Made by a program: the position numbers and the translations under genes. Shown here one piece after another: positions 14,001-27,934 of a stretch of 64,000 nt of DNA; within the stretch, counting starts at the first letter, position 1, and each line of letters starts with the position of its first letter. The notes under the pieces are model-generated. The model saw nothing but the letters and a program-made list of their open reading frames with translations, ran no database searches and had not been told where the DNA came from. Source of the DNA: Eledone cirrhosa (lineage: Eukaryota); contig OZ024741.1 of the NCBI GenBank assembly GCA_964016885.1, forward strand, positions 260,400,001-260,464,000, given 5' to 3'.

Positions 14001-15072
14001 CTTGCTAGTGTTTCGACTTACGAGTGTTTCGGCTTATGAGTGTTTCGACTTACTAATGTTTTTACTTACGAGTGTTTCGGCGTACGAGTGTTTTGACTTA
14101 CGAGTGTTTCGACTTACGAGTGTTTTGACTTACGAATGTTTTGACTTACGGGTGTTTCGGCTTACGAGTGTTTCGACTTATGAGTGTTTCGGCTGGCGAG
14201 TGTTTCGACTTACGAGTGTTTTGACTTAAGGGTGTTTCGACTTACGAGTGTTTCGACTTACGAGTGTTTCGGCTTACGAGTGTTTTGACTTAAGGGTGTT
14301 TCGAATTACGAGTGTTTCGATACGAGTGTTTCGACTTACGAGTGTTCTGACTTACGAGTGTTCCGACTTACGAGTGTCTCCGCTTACGAGTGTTTCGGCT
14401 TACGAGTGTTTCGACTTACGAGTGTTTCGACTTACGAGTGTTCCGACTTACGGGTGTTTCGACTTACGAGTGTTTTGGCTTACGGTGTTTCGACTTACGA
14501 GTGTTTCGGCTTACGAGTGTTTTGACTTAAGGGTGTTTCGACTTACGAGTGTTTCGATACGAGTGTTTCGACTTACGAGTGTTTCGGCTTACGAGTGTTT
14601 CGACTTACGAGTGTTTCGACTTACGAGTGTTCCGACTTACGGGTGTTTCGAATTACGAGTGTTTTGGCTTACGGTGTTTCGGCTTACGAGTGTTTCGAGT
14701 TACGAGTGTTTTGACTTACGCGTGTTTTGACATACGAGTGTTTCGATACGAGTGTTCTGACTTACGAGTGTTCTGACTTACGAGTGTTCTGACTTACGAG
14801 TGTTCAGACTTTACGAGTGTTTCGACTCACGAGTGTTTCGGCTTACGAGTGTTTCGACTTACGAGTGTTCTGACTTACGAGTGTTCTGACTTACGAGTGT
14901 TCTGACTTACGAGTGTTCTTACTTACGAGTGTTCCGACTTACGAGTGTTTCGGCTTACGAGTGTTTCGGCTTACGAGTGTTTCGACTTACGAGTGTTCTT
15001 ACTTACGAGTGTTCCGACTTACGAGTGTTTCGGCTCACGAGTGTTTCGGCTTACGAGTGTTTCGACTTACGA

Positions 15073-15141
15073 AAATAACAAATAGACGCGGTTTCAAATC
15101 TCTATGCTTTTCAAATTCATTACATTAATCTTTATTTATAC
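15073..15141 (+). repeat. 69-bp AT-rich element, copy 4 (allele CTCTATGCTTTT)
   Basis: Identical to copy 3, 4121 bp downstream. Confidence 0.97.
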
Positions 15142-15849
15142 GTTTCGCTTTACGAGTGTTTCGACTTACGAGTGTTTCGACATACGAGTGTTTCGGCTTA
15201 CGAGTGTTTTGATTTACGAGTGTTTTGACTTACGGGTGCTTCGACTTACGCGTGTTTCGACTTACGAGTGTTTCGACTTACGAGTGTTTCGACTTACGAG
15301 TGTTTCGGCTTACGAGTGTTTTGACTTACGAATGTTTTGACTTACGATTGTTTCGGCTTACGAGTGTTTCGACTTACGAGTGTTCTGACTACGAGTGTTC
15401 TGACTTACGGGTGCTCTGACTTACGAGTGTTCCGACTTACGAGTGTTTCGGCTTATGAGTGTTTCGACTTACGAGTGTTTCGGCTTATGAGTGTTTCGGC
15501 TTACGAGTGTTTCGACGTACGAATGTTTTGGCATACGAGTGTTTCGGCTTATGAGTGTTTCGGCTTACGAGTGTTTCGACTTACGAGTGTTTCAGTGTTT
15601 CGGCTTACGTGTGTTTCGACTTACGAGTGTTTCGACTTACGACTGTTTCGGCTTACGAGTGTTTCGGCTTACGAGTGTTTCGGCTTACGAGTGTTTTGAC
15701 TTACGAGTGTTTTGACTTACGATTGTTTGGCTTACGAGTGTTCTGACTTACGGGTGTTCTGACTTACGAGTGTTCCGACTTCCGAGTGTTTCGGCTTATG
15801 AGGGTTTCGACTTACGAGTGCTTCGGCTTACGAGTGTTTCGACTTACGA

Positions 15850-18120
15850 GTGTTTCGGCTTACGAGTGATTCGACTTACGAGTGTTTTGACTTACGGGTG
15901 ATTTGACTTACGGGTGTTGTGAATTACGAGTGTTCCGATTTACGAGTGTTTTGACTTACGGTGTTTCGGCTTACGAGTGATTCGACTTACGAATGTTTTG
16001 ACTTACGGGTGTTTCGGCTTGCGAGTGTTTCGACTTACGAGTGTTTCGGCTTATGGGTGTTTCGACTTACTAATGTTTTTACTTACGAGTGGTTCGGCGT
16101 ACGAGTGTTTTGACTTACGAGTGTTTCGACTTACGAGTGTTTCGACTTACGAGTGTTTCGGCTTACGTGAGTTTCGACTTAAGAGTGTTCTGATTTACGA
16201 GTGTTCTGACTTGCGGGTGTTCTGATTTACGAGTGTTCCGACTTACGAGTGTTTCGGCTTATTAGTGTTTCGACTTACGAGTATTTCGGTTTACGAGTGT
16301 TTCGACTTATGGGTGTTTCGACTTACGAGTGTTTTTACTTACGGTGTTTCGGCTTACGAGTGTTTCGACATACGAGTGTTTTGACTTACGGGTGTTTCGA
16401 CTTACGAGTGTTTTGACTTACGAATGTTTTGACTTACGGGTGTTTCGGCTTACGAGTGTTTCGACTTACGAGTGTTTCGGCTTACGAGTGTTTCGACTTA
16501 CTAATGTTCTTACTTACGAGTGTTTCGGCGTACGAGAGTTTTGACTTACGAGTGTTTCGACGTACGAGTGTTTCGACTTACGAGTGTTTTGACTTACGAA
16601 TGTTTTGACTTACGGGTGTTTCAGCTTACGAGTGTTTCGACTTACGAGTCTTTCGGCTTACGAGTGTTTCGACTTACTAATGTTTTTACTTACGAGTGTT
16701 TCGGCGTACGAGTGTTTCGACTTACGAGTGTTTCGATTTACGGGTGTTTTGACTTACGGGTGTTTCGGCTTACGAGTGTTTTGACTTACGAGTGTTTTGA
16801 CTTAAGGGTGTTTCGACTTACGAGTATTTCTGGCTTACGAGTGTTTCGACTTACGAGTGTTTTGACTTACGAGTGTTCTGATTTACGGATGTTTCGACAT
16901 ACGAGTGTTTCGACTTACGAGTGTTTCGACTTATGAGTGTTTCGACTTACGAGTGTTTCGGCTTATGAGTGTTTCGACTTACGAGTGCTTCGGCTTACGA
17001 GTGTTTCGACTTACGAGTGTTTCGGCTTACGAGTGTTTCGACTTCCGAGTGTTTTGACTTACGGTGTTTCGGCTTACGAGTGATTCGACTTACGAGTGTT
17101 TTGACTTACGGGTGATTTGACTTACGGGTGTTGTGAATTACGAGTGTTCCGATTTACGAGTGTTTTGACTTACGGTGTTTCGGCTTACGAGTGATTCGAC
17201 TTACGAATGTTTTGACTTACGGGTGTTTCGGCTTGCGAGTGTTTCGACTTACGAGTGTTTCGGCTTATGGGTGTTTCGACTTACTAATGTTTTTACTTAC
17301 GAGTGGTTCGGCGTACGAGTGTTTTAACTTACGAGTGTTTCGACTTACGAGTGTTTCGACTTACGAGTGTTTCGGCTTACGTGAGTTTCGACTTAAGAGT
17401 GTTCTGATTTACGAGTGTTCTGACTTGCGGGTGTTCTGATTTACGAGTGTTCCGACTTACGAGTGTTTCGGCTTATTAGTGTTTCGACTTACGAGTGTTT
17501 CGGTTTACGAGTGTTTCGACTTATGGGTGTTTCGACTTACGAGTGTTTTTACTTACGGTGTTTCGGCTTACGAGTGTTTCGACATACGAGTGTTTTGACT
17601 TACGGGTGTTTCGACTTACGAGTGTTTTGACTTACGAATGTTTTGACTTACGGGTGTTTCGGCTTACGAGTGTTTCGACTTACGAGTGTTTCGGCTTACG
17701 AGTGTTTCGACTTACTAATGTTCTTACTTACGAGTGTTTCGGCGTACGAGAGTTTTGACTTACGAGTGTTTCGACTTACGAGTGTTTCGACTTACGAGTG
17801 TTTTGACTTACGAATGTTTTGACTTACGGGTGTTTCAGCTTACGAGTGTTTCGACTTACGAGTCTTTCGGCTTACGAGTGTTTCGACTTACTAATGTTTT
17901 TACTTACGAGTGTTTCGGCGTACGAGTGTTTTGACTTACGGGTGTTTCGGCTTACGAGTGTTTTGACTTACGAGTGTTTTGACTTAAGGGTGTTTCGACT
18001 TACGAGTATTTCTGGCTTACGAGTGTTTCGACTTACGAGTGTTTTGACTTACGAGTGTTCTGATTTACGGATGTTTCGACATACGAGTGTTTCGACTTAC
18101 GAGTGTTTCGACTTATGAGT
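15850..18120 (+). repeat. Higher-order duplication, about 1214-bp period (boundaries approximate)
   Basis: ORFs at 15977/17191 and 16520/17734. Shared rare variants GAGTGGTTCGGCGTAC, GGCTTATTAGTG and GAGTATTTCTGGC. Confidence 0.8.
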
Positions 18121-18794
18121 GTTTCGACTTACGAGTGTTTCGGCTTATGAGTGTTTCGACTTACGAGTGCTTTGGCTTACGAGTGTTTCGACTTACGAGT
18201 ATTTCGGCTTACGAGTGTTTCGACGTACGAATGTTTTGGCTTACGAGTGTTTCGGCTTATGAGTGTTTCGGCTTACGAGTGTTTCGACTTACGAGTGTTT
18301 CGGCTTACGAGTGTTTCAGTGTTTCGGCTTACGTGTGTTTCGACTTACGAGTGTTTCGACTTACGACTGTTTCGGCTTACGAGTGTATCGGCTTACGAGT
18401 GTTTCGGCTTACGAGTGTTTTGACTTACGAGTGTTTTGATTACGATTGTTTGGCTTACGAGTGTTCTGACTTACGGGTGTTCTGACTTACGAGTGTTCCG
18501 ACTTACGAGTGTTTCGGCTTACGAGTGTTTCGGCTAACGAGTGTTTCGACTTACGAGTGTTTCGCCTTACGGGTGTTTCGACTTACGAGTGGTTTGGCTT
18601 ACGGTGTTTCGGCTTACGAGTGTTTAGAGTTACGAGTGTTTTGACTTACGCGTGTTTTGACATACGAGTGTTTCGATACGAGTGTTCTGACTTACGAGTG
18701 TTCTGACTTACGAGTGTTCTGACTTACGAGTGTTCCGACTTTACGAGTGTTTCGGCTCACGAGTGTTTCGGCTTACGAGTGTTTCGACTTACGA

Positions 18795-18863
18795 AAATAA
18801 CAAATAGACGTGGTTTCAAATCTCTATGATTTTCAAATTCATTACATTAATCTTTATTTATAC
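18795..18863 (+). repeat. 69-bp AT-rich element, copy 5 (GACGTGG; CTCTATGATTTT)
   Basis: Same element, with a private C>T change in GACGCGG. Confidence 0.97.
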
Positions 18864-21800
18864 GTTTCGCTTTACGAGTGTTTCGACTTACGAGTGTTTC
18901 GACATACGAGTGTTTCGACTTCCGAATGTTTTTGCTTACGGGTGTTTCGACTTACGAATGTTTTGGCTTACGAGTGTTTCGGTTTACGAGTGTTCCGACT
19001 TAGGAGTGTTTCGGCTTACGAGTGTTTCCGGCTTACGAGTGTTTCGACTTACGAGTGTTTCGACTTTCGAGTGTTTTGACTTACGGTGTTTCGGCTTACG
19101 AGTGATTCGACTTACGAGTGTTTTGACTTACGGGTGTTCCGACTTACGAGTGTTTCGGTTTACGAGTGTTTCGACATACGAGTGTTTTGACTTACGGGTG
19201 TTTTGACTTACGGTGTTTCGGCTTACGAGTGATTCGACTTACGAGTGTTTTGACTGACGGGTGTTTTGACTTACGGGTGTTGTGAATTACCAGTGTTCCG
19301 ATTTACGAGTGTTTTGACTTACGGTGTTTCGGCTTGCGAGTGTTTCGACTTACGAGTGTTTCGGCTTATGAGTGTTTCGACTTACTAATGTTTTTATTTA
19401 CGAGTGTTTCGGCGTTCGAGTGTTTTGACTTACGAGTGTTTCGACTTACGAGTGTTTTGACTTACGAATGTTTTTACTTACGGGTGTTTCGGCTTACGGG
19501 TGTTTCGACTTACGAGTGTTTCGACTTACGAGTGTTCTGACTTACGAGTGTTCTGACTCACGAGTGTTCTGACTTACGAGTGTTCCGTCTTACGAGCGTT
19601 TCGGTTTACGAGTGTTTCGACATACGAGTGTTTTGACTTACGGGTGTTTCGACTTACGGGTGTTTCGACTTACGAGTGTTTCGGCTTACGAGAGTTTCGA
19701 CTTACTAATGTTTTTACTTACGAGTGTTTCGGTGTACGAATGTTTTGACTTAAGGATGTTTCGACTTACGAGTGTTTCGACTTACGAGTGTTTCGGCTTA
19801 CGTGAGTTTCGACTTAAGAGTGTTCTGGTTTACGAGTGTTCTGACTTGCGGGTGTTCTGATTTACGAGTGTTCCGACTTACGAGTGTTTCGGCTTATGAG
19901 TGTTTCGACTTACGAGTGTTTCGGCTTACGCGTGTTTCGACTTATGGGTGTTTCGACTTACGAGTGTTTTTACTTACAGTGTTTCGCCTTACGAGTGTTT
20001 CGACATACGAGTGTTTTGACTTACGGGTGTTTCGGCTTACGAGTGTTTCGATTACTAATGTTTTTACTTACGAGTGTTTCGGCGTACGAGAGTTTTGACT
20101 TACGAGTGTTTCGACTTACGAGTGTTTTGACTTACGAATGTTTTGACTTACGGGTGTTTCGGCTTATGAGTGTTTCGACTTACGAGTCCTTCGGCTTACG
20201 AGTGTTTCGACTTACTAATGTTTTTACTTACGAGTGTTTCGGCGTACGAGTGTTTCGACTTACGAGTGTTTCGACTTACGGGTGTTTTAACTTACGGGTG
20301 TTTCGGCTTACGAGTATTTCGACTTACGAGTGTTTTGACTTAAGGGTGTTTCGACTTACGAGTATTTTTGGCTTACGAGTGTTTCGACTTACGAGTGTTT
20401 CGACTTACGAGTGTTTCGGCTTACGATTGTTTCGACTTACGAGTGTTTCGGTTTACGAGTGTTTCGACTTATGAGTGTTTCGACTTACGAGTGTTTCGGC
20501 TTACTAGTGTTTCGACTTATGGGTGTTTCGACTTACGAGTGTTTTTACTTACGGTGTTTCGGCTTACGATTGTTTCGACATACGAGTGTTTTGACTTACG
20601 GGTGTTTCGGCTTACGATTGTTTCGACTTACGAGTGTTTCGGTTTACGAGTGTTTCGGCTTATGAGTGTTTCGACTTACGAGTGTTTCGGCTTACGCGTG
20701 TTTCGACTTATGGGTGTTTCGACTTACGAGTGTTTTTACTTACGGTGTTTCGGCTTACGAGTGTTTCGACATACGAGTGTTTTGACTTACGGGTGTTTCG
20801 GCTTACGAGTGTTTTGACTTACGAGTGTTTCGGCTTACGAGTGTTTCGACTTACTAATGTTTTTACTTACGAGTGTTTCGGCGTACGAGAGTTTTGACTT
20901 ACGAGTGTTTCGACTTACGAGTGTTTTGACTTACGAATGTTTTGACTTACGGGTGTTTCGGCTTATGAGTGTTTCGACTTACGAGTGTTTCGGCTTACGA
21001 GTGTTTCGACTTACTAATGTTTTTACTTACGAGTGTTTCGGCGTACGAGTGTTTCGACTTACGAGTGTTTCGACTTACGGGTGTTTTGACTTACGGGTGT
21101 TTCGGCTTACGAGTGTTTCGACTTACGAGTGTTTTGACTTACGAGTGTTCTGATTTACGGATGTTTCGACATACGAGTGTTTCGACTTACGAGTGTTTCG
21201 ACTTATGAGTGTTTCGACTTAAGGTGTTTCGGCTTACGAGTGTTTCGACTTACGAGTGTTTTGACTTACGGGTGTTTTGACATACGAGTGTTTCGATACG
21301 AGTGTTCTGACTTACGAGTGTTCTGACTTTCGAGTGTTTTGACTTACGAGTGTTCTGACTTACGAGTGTTCCGACTTACGAGTGTTCCGACTTACGAGTG
21401 TTTCGGCTTACGAGTGTTTCCGGCTTACGAGTGTTTCGACATCCGAGTGTTTTGACTTACGGTGTTTCGGCTTACGAGTGATTCGACTTACGAGTGTTTT
21501 GACTTACGGGTGATTTGACTTACGGGTGTTGTGAATTACGAGTGTTCCGATTTACGAGTGTTTTGACTTACGGTGTTTCGGCTTACGAGTGATTCGACTT
21601 ACGAATGTTTTGACTTACGGGTGTTTCGGCTTGCGAGTGTTTCGACTTACGAGTGTTTCAGCTTATGGGTGTTTCGACTTACTAATGTTTTTACTTACGA
21701 CTGTTTCGGCGTACGAGTGTTTTGACTTACGAGTGTTTCGACTTACGAGTGTTTCGACTTACGAGTGTTTCGGCTTACGTGAGTTTCGACTTAAGAGTGT

Positions 21801-24403
21801 TCTGATTTACGAGTGTTCTGACTTGCGGGTGTTCTGATTTACGAGTGTTCCGACTTACGAGTGTTTCGGCTTATTAGTGTTTCGACTTACGAGTGTTTCG
21901 GCTTACGAGTGTATCGACTTATGGGTGTTTCGACTTACGAGTGTTTTTACTTATGGTGTTTCGGCTTACGAGTGTTTCGACATACGAGTGTTTTGACTTA
22001 CGGGTGTTTCGACTTACGAGTCTTTTGACTTACGAATGTTTTGACTTACGGGTGTTTCGGCTTACGAGAGTTTCAACTTACGAGTGTTTCGGCTTACGAG
22101 TGTTTCGACTTACTAATGTTCTTACGAGTGTTTCGGCGTACGAGAGTTTTGACTTACGAGTGTTTCGACTTACGAGTGTTTCGACTTACGAGTGTTTTGA
22201 CTTACGAATGTTTTGACTTACGGGTGTTTCGGCTTACGAGTGTTTCGACTTACGAGTCTTTTGGCTTACGAGTGTTTCGACTTACTAATGTTTTTACTTA
22301 CGAGTGTTTCGGCGTACGAGTGTTTCGACTTACGAGTGTTTCGACTAACGGGTGTTTTGACTTACGGGTGTTTCGGCTTACGAGTGTTTTGACTTACGAG
22401 TGTTTTGACTTAAGGGTGTTTCGACTTACGAGTATTTTTGGCTTACGAGTGTTTCGACTTACGAGTGTTTTGACTTACGAGTGTTCTGATTTACGGATGT
22501 TTCGACATACGAGTGTTTCGACTTACGAGTATTTCAGCTTATGAGTGTTTCTACTTACGACTGTTTCGACTTACGAGTGTTTCGGCTTACGAGTGTTTCG
22601 ACTTACGAGTGTTTTGACTTACGGGTGTTTTGACATACGAGTGTTTCGATACGAGTGTTCTGACTTACGAGTGTTCTGACTTACGAGTGTTTTGACTCAC
22701 GAGTGTTCCGACTTACGAGTGTTCCGACTTACGAGTGTTTCGGCTTACGAGTGTTTCCGGCTTACGAATGTTTCGACTTACGAGTGTTTTGACTTACGGT
22801 GTTTCGGCTTACGAGTGATTCGACTTACGAGTGTTTCGACTTACGAATGTTTCGGCTTACGAGTGTTTCGGCTTACGAGTGTTCCGACTTAGGAGTGTTT
22901 CGGCTTACGAGTGTTTCCGGCTTACGAGTGTTTCGACTTACGAGTGTTTCGACTTTCGAGTGTTTTGACTTACGGTGTTTCGGCTTACGAGTGATTCGAC
23001 TTACGAGTGTTTTGACTTACGGGTGTTTTGACTTACGGGTGTTGTGAATTACCAGTGTTCCGATTTACGAGTGTTTTGACTTACGGTGTTTCGGCTTGCG
23101 AGTGTTTCGACTTACGAGTGTTTCGGCTTATGAGTGTTTCGACTTACTAATGTTTTTACTTACGAGTGTTTCGGCGTTCGAGTGTTTTGACTTACGAGTG
23201 TTTCGACTTACGAGTGTTTTGACTTACGAATGTTTTGACTTACGGGTGTTTCGGCTTACGGGTGTTTCGACTTACGAGTGTTTCGACTTACGAGTGTTCT
23301 GACTTACGAGTGTTCTGACTTACGAGTGTTCTGACTTACGAGTGTTCCGACTTACGAGTGTTTCGGTTTACGAGTGTTTCGACATACGAGTGTTTTGACT
23401 TACGAGTGTTTCGATTTACGGGTGTTTCGACTTACGAGTGTTTCGGCTTACGAGAGTTTCGACTTACTAATGTTTTTACTTACGAGTGTTTCGGTGTACG
23501 AATGTTTTGACTTAAGGATGTTTCGACTTACGAGTGTTTCGACTTACGAGTGTTTCGGCTTACGTGAGTTTCGAATTAAGAGTGTTCTGATTTACGAGTG
23601 TTCTGACTTGCGGGTGTTCTGATTTACGAGTGTTCCGACTTACGAGTGTTTCGGCTTATGAGTGTTTCGACTTACGAGTGTTTCGGCTTACGAGTGTTTC
23701 GACTTATGGGTGTTTCGACTTACGAGTGTTTTTACTTACGGTGTTTCGGCTTACGAGTGTTTCGACATACGAGTGTTTTGACTTACGGGTGTTTCGGCTT
23801 ACGAGTGTTTCGACTTACGAGTGTTTCGGCTTACGAGTGTTTCGACTTACTAATGTTTTTACTTACGAGTGTTTCGGCGTACGAGAGTTTTGACTTACGA
23901 GTGTTTCGACTTACGAGTGTTTTGACTTACGAATGTTTTGACTTACGGGTGTTTCGGCTTATGAGTGTTTCGACTTACGAGTCTTTCGGCTTACGAGTGT
24001 TTCGACTTACTAATGTTTTTACTTACGAGTGTTTCGGCGTACGAGTGTTTCGACTTACGAGTGTTTCGACTTACGGGTGTTTTGACTTACGGGTGTTTCG
24101 GCTTACGAGTGTTTCGAATTACGAGTGTTTTGACTTAAGGGTGTTTCGACTTACGAGTATTTTTGGCTTACGAGTGTTTCGACTTACGAGTGTTTCGACT
24201 TACGAGTGTTTCGGCTTACGATTGTTTCGACTTACGAGTGTTTCGGTTTACGAGTGTTTCGACTTACGGGTGTTTTGACATACGATTGTTTGGGCTTACG
24301 AATGTTTCGACTTACGAGTGTTTCGACTTACGAGTGTTTTGACTTATGGTGTTTCGGCTTACAAGTGTTTTGACTTACGAGTGTTTTGACTTACGGGTGT
24401 TTT

Positions 24404-24481
24404 GACATACGATACGAGTTTCGACATACGATACGAGTTTCGACATACGATACGGGTGTTTTGACATACGATACGAGTTTC
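24404..24481 (+). repeat. Local micro-array of a derived 19-bp unit GACATACGATACGAGTTTC
   Basis: Exact units at 24404-24422, 24423-24441 and 24463-24481, with a 21-bp variant at 24442-24462. Confidence 0.9.
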
Positions 24482-27400
24482 GATACGAGTGTTCTGACTT
24501 ACGAGTGTTCTGACTTACGAGTGGTCTGACTTACGGGTGTTCTGACTTACGAGTGTTCCGACTTACGAGTGTTTCGACTTACGAATGTTTTGGCTTACGA
24601 GTGTTTCGGCTTACGAGTGTTTCGGCTTATGAGTGTTTCGACTTACGAGTGTTTTGACTTATGGTGTTTCGGCTTACGAGTGTTTCGACATACGAGTGTT
24701 TTGACCTACGGGTGTTTCGACTTACGGGTGTTTCGACGTAAGATTGCTCTGACTTACGAGTGTTCTGACTTACGAGTGTTCTGACTTACGAGTGTTCTGA
24801 CTTACGGGTGTTCTGACTTACGTGTGTTCCGACTTACGAGTGTTTCGGTTATGGGTGTTTCGACTTACGAGTGTTTCGACTTACGAATGTTTTGGCTTAC
24901 GAGTGTTTCGGCTTACGAATGTTTCGACTTACGAATGTTTTGGCTTACGAGTGTTTCGGCTTACGGGTGTTTCGACTTACGAGTGTTTTGACTTACGAGT
25001 GTTTTGAATTACGGTGTTTCGGCTTACGTGAGTTTCGACTTAAGAGTGTTCTGATTTACGAGTGTTCTGACTTGCGGGTGTTCTGATTTACGAGTGTTCC
25101 GACTTACGAGTGTTTCGGCTTATGAGTGTTTCGACTTACGATTGTTTCGAATTACGAGTGTTTCGGCTTATGATTGTTTCGACTTACGAGTGTTTTGACT
25201 TACGGTGTTTCAGCTTACGAGTGTTTCGACTTACGAGTATTTTGACTTACGGGTGTTTTGACATACGAGTGTTTCGATACGAGTGTTCTGACTTACGAGT
25301 GTTCTGACTTACGAGTGTTTTGACTTACGAGTGTTCTGACTTACGAGTGTTCCGACTTACGAGTGTTCCGACTTACGAGTGTTTCGGCTTACGAGTGTTT
25401 CCGGCTTACGAGTGTTTCGACTTACGAGTGTTTTGACTTACGGTGTTTCGGCTTACGAGTGATTCGAGTTACGAGTGTTTTGACTTACGGGTGTTTTGAC
25501 TTACGGGTGTTGTGAATTACGAGTGTTCCGATTTACGAGTGTTTTGACTTACGGTGTTTCGGCTTACGAGTGATTCGACTTACGAATGTTTTGACTTACG
25601 GGTGTTTCGGCTTGCGAGTGTTTCGACTTACGAGTGTTTCGGCTTATGAGTGTTTCGACTTACTAATGTTTTCACTTACGAGTGTTCTGACTTACGAGTG
25701 TTCCGACTTACGAGTGTTCCGACTTACGAGTGTTTCGGCTTACGAGTGTTTCCGGCTTACGAGTGTTTCGACTTACGAGTGTTTCGACTTACGAGTGTTT
25801 TGACTTACGGTGTTTCGACTTACGAGTGATTCGACTTACAAGTGTTTTGACTTACGGGTGTTTTGACTTACGGGTGTTGTGAATTACCAGTGTTCCGATT
25901 TACGAGTGTTTTGACTTACGGTGTTTCGGCTTACGAGTGATTCGACTTACGAATGTTTTGACTTACGGGTGTTTCGGCTTGCTAGTGTTTCGACTTACGA
26001 GTGTTTCGGCTTATGAGTGTTTTGACTTACTACTGTTTTTACTTACGAGTGTTTCGGCGTACGAGTGTTTTGACTTACGAGTGTTTCGACTTACGAGTGT
26101 TTCGACTTACGAGTGTTTCGGCTTACGTGAGTTTCGACTTAAGAGCGTTCTGATTTACGAGTGTTCTGACTTGCGGGTGTTCTGATTTACGAGTGTTCCG
26201 ACTTACGAGTGTTTCGTCTTATGAGTGTTTCGACTTACGAGTGTTTCGGCTTACGAGTGTTTCGACTTACGAGTGTTTTGATTTACGAATGTTTTGACTT
26301 ACGGGTGTTTCGGCTTACGAGTGTTTCGACTTACGAGTGTTTCGGCTTACGAGTGTTTCGGCGTACGAGTGTTTCGACTTACGAGTGTTTCGACTTACGG
26401 GTGTTTTGACTTACGGGTGTTTCGGCTTACGAGTGTTTTGACTTACGGGTGTTTTGACTTAAGGGTGTTTCGACTTACGAGTATTTTTGGCTTACGAGTG
26501 TTTCGACTTACGAGTGTTTTGAATTACGAGTGTTCTGATTTACGGATGTTTCGACATACGAGTGTTTCGACTTACGAGTGTTTCGACTTATGAGTGTTTC
26601 GACTTACGAGTGTTTCGACTTACGAGTGTTTCGGCTTATGAGTGTTTCGACTTACGAGTGTTTTGACTTACGGTGTTTCGGCTTACGAGTGTTTCGACTT
26701 ACGAGTGTTTTGACTTACTGGTGTTTTGACATACGAGTGTTTCGATACGATTGTTCTGACTTACGAGTGTTCTGACTTACGAGTGTTTTGCCTTACGAGT
26801 GTTCTGACTTACGAGTGTTCCGACTTACGAGTGTTCCGACTTACGAGTGTTTCGGCTTACGAGTGTTTCCGGCTTACGAGTGTTTCGACTTACGAGTGTT
26901 TTGACTTACGGTGTTTCGGCTTACGAGTGATTCGACTTACGAGTGTTTTGACTTACGGGTGTTTTGACTTACGGGTGTTGTGAATTACGAGTGTTCCGAT
27001 TTACGAGTGTTTCGGCTTATGAGTGTTTCGACTTACGAGTGTTTCGGCTTACGAGTGTTTCGACTTATGGGTGTTTCGACTTACGAGTGTTTTTACTTAC
27101 GGTGTTTCGGCTTACGAGTGTTTCGACATACGAGTGTTCAGACTTACGAGTGTTCCGACTTACGAGCGTTCCGACTTACGAGTGTTTTGACTTATGGGTG
27201 TTTTGACATACGAGTGTTTCGATACGAGTGCTCTGACTTACGAGTGTTCTGACTTACGAGTGTTCTGACCTACGAGTGTTCTGACTTACGGGTGTTCTGA
27301 CTTACGTGTGTTCCGACTTACGAGTGTTTCAGCTATGGGTGTTTCGACTTACGAGTGTTTCGACTTACGAATGTTTTGGCTTACGAGTGTTTCGGCTTAA

Positions 27401-27865
27401 GAGTGTTTCGACTTACGAATGATTTGGCTTACGAGTGTTTCGGCTTACGGGTCTTTCGACTTACGAGTGTTTCGACTTACGAGTGTTTTGACTTACGGTG
27501 TTTCGGCTTACGAGTTATTCGACATACGAGTGTTTCGACTTACGGGTGTTTCGACTTACGGGTGTTTCGACTTACGAGTGTTTCGACTTATGAGTGTTTC
27601 GACTTACGAGTGTTCTGACTTACGAGTGTTCTGACTTACGATTGTTCCGACTTACGAGTGTTTCGGTTTACGAGTGTTTCGACACACGAGTGTTTTGACT
27701 TACGGGGTTTTCGACTTACGGGTGTTTCGACTTACGAGTGTTTCGGCTTACGAGTGTTTCGACTTACTAATGTTTTTACTTACGAGTGTTTCGGTGTACG
27801 AGTGTTTCGACTTAAGGCTGTTTCGACTTACGAGTGTTTCAACTTACGAGTGGTTCGACTTACGA

Positions 27866-27934
27866 AAATAACAAATAGACGCGGTTTCAAATCTCTATGA
27901 TTTTCAAATTCATTACATTAATCTTTATTTATAC
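27866..27934 (+). repeat. 69-bp AT-rich element, copy 6 (CTCTATGATTTT)
   Basis: Same element, preceded by the variant monomer GAGTGGTTCGAC. Confidence 0.97.

Larger units (their letters stand above)
6780..15580 (+). repeat. Higher-order repeat, 4121-bp period, about 2.1 near-identical copies (boundaries approximate)
   Basis: Identical ORF translations recur at +4121 (6862/10983/15104, 7798/11919, 8612/12733, 10127/14248). The element recurs at 6831/10952/15073. Confidence 0.92.
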
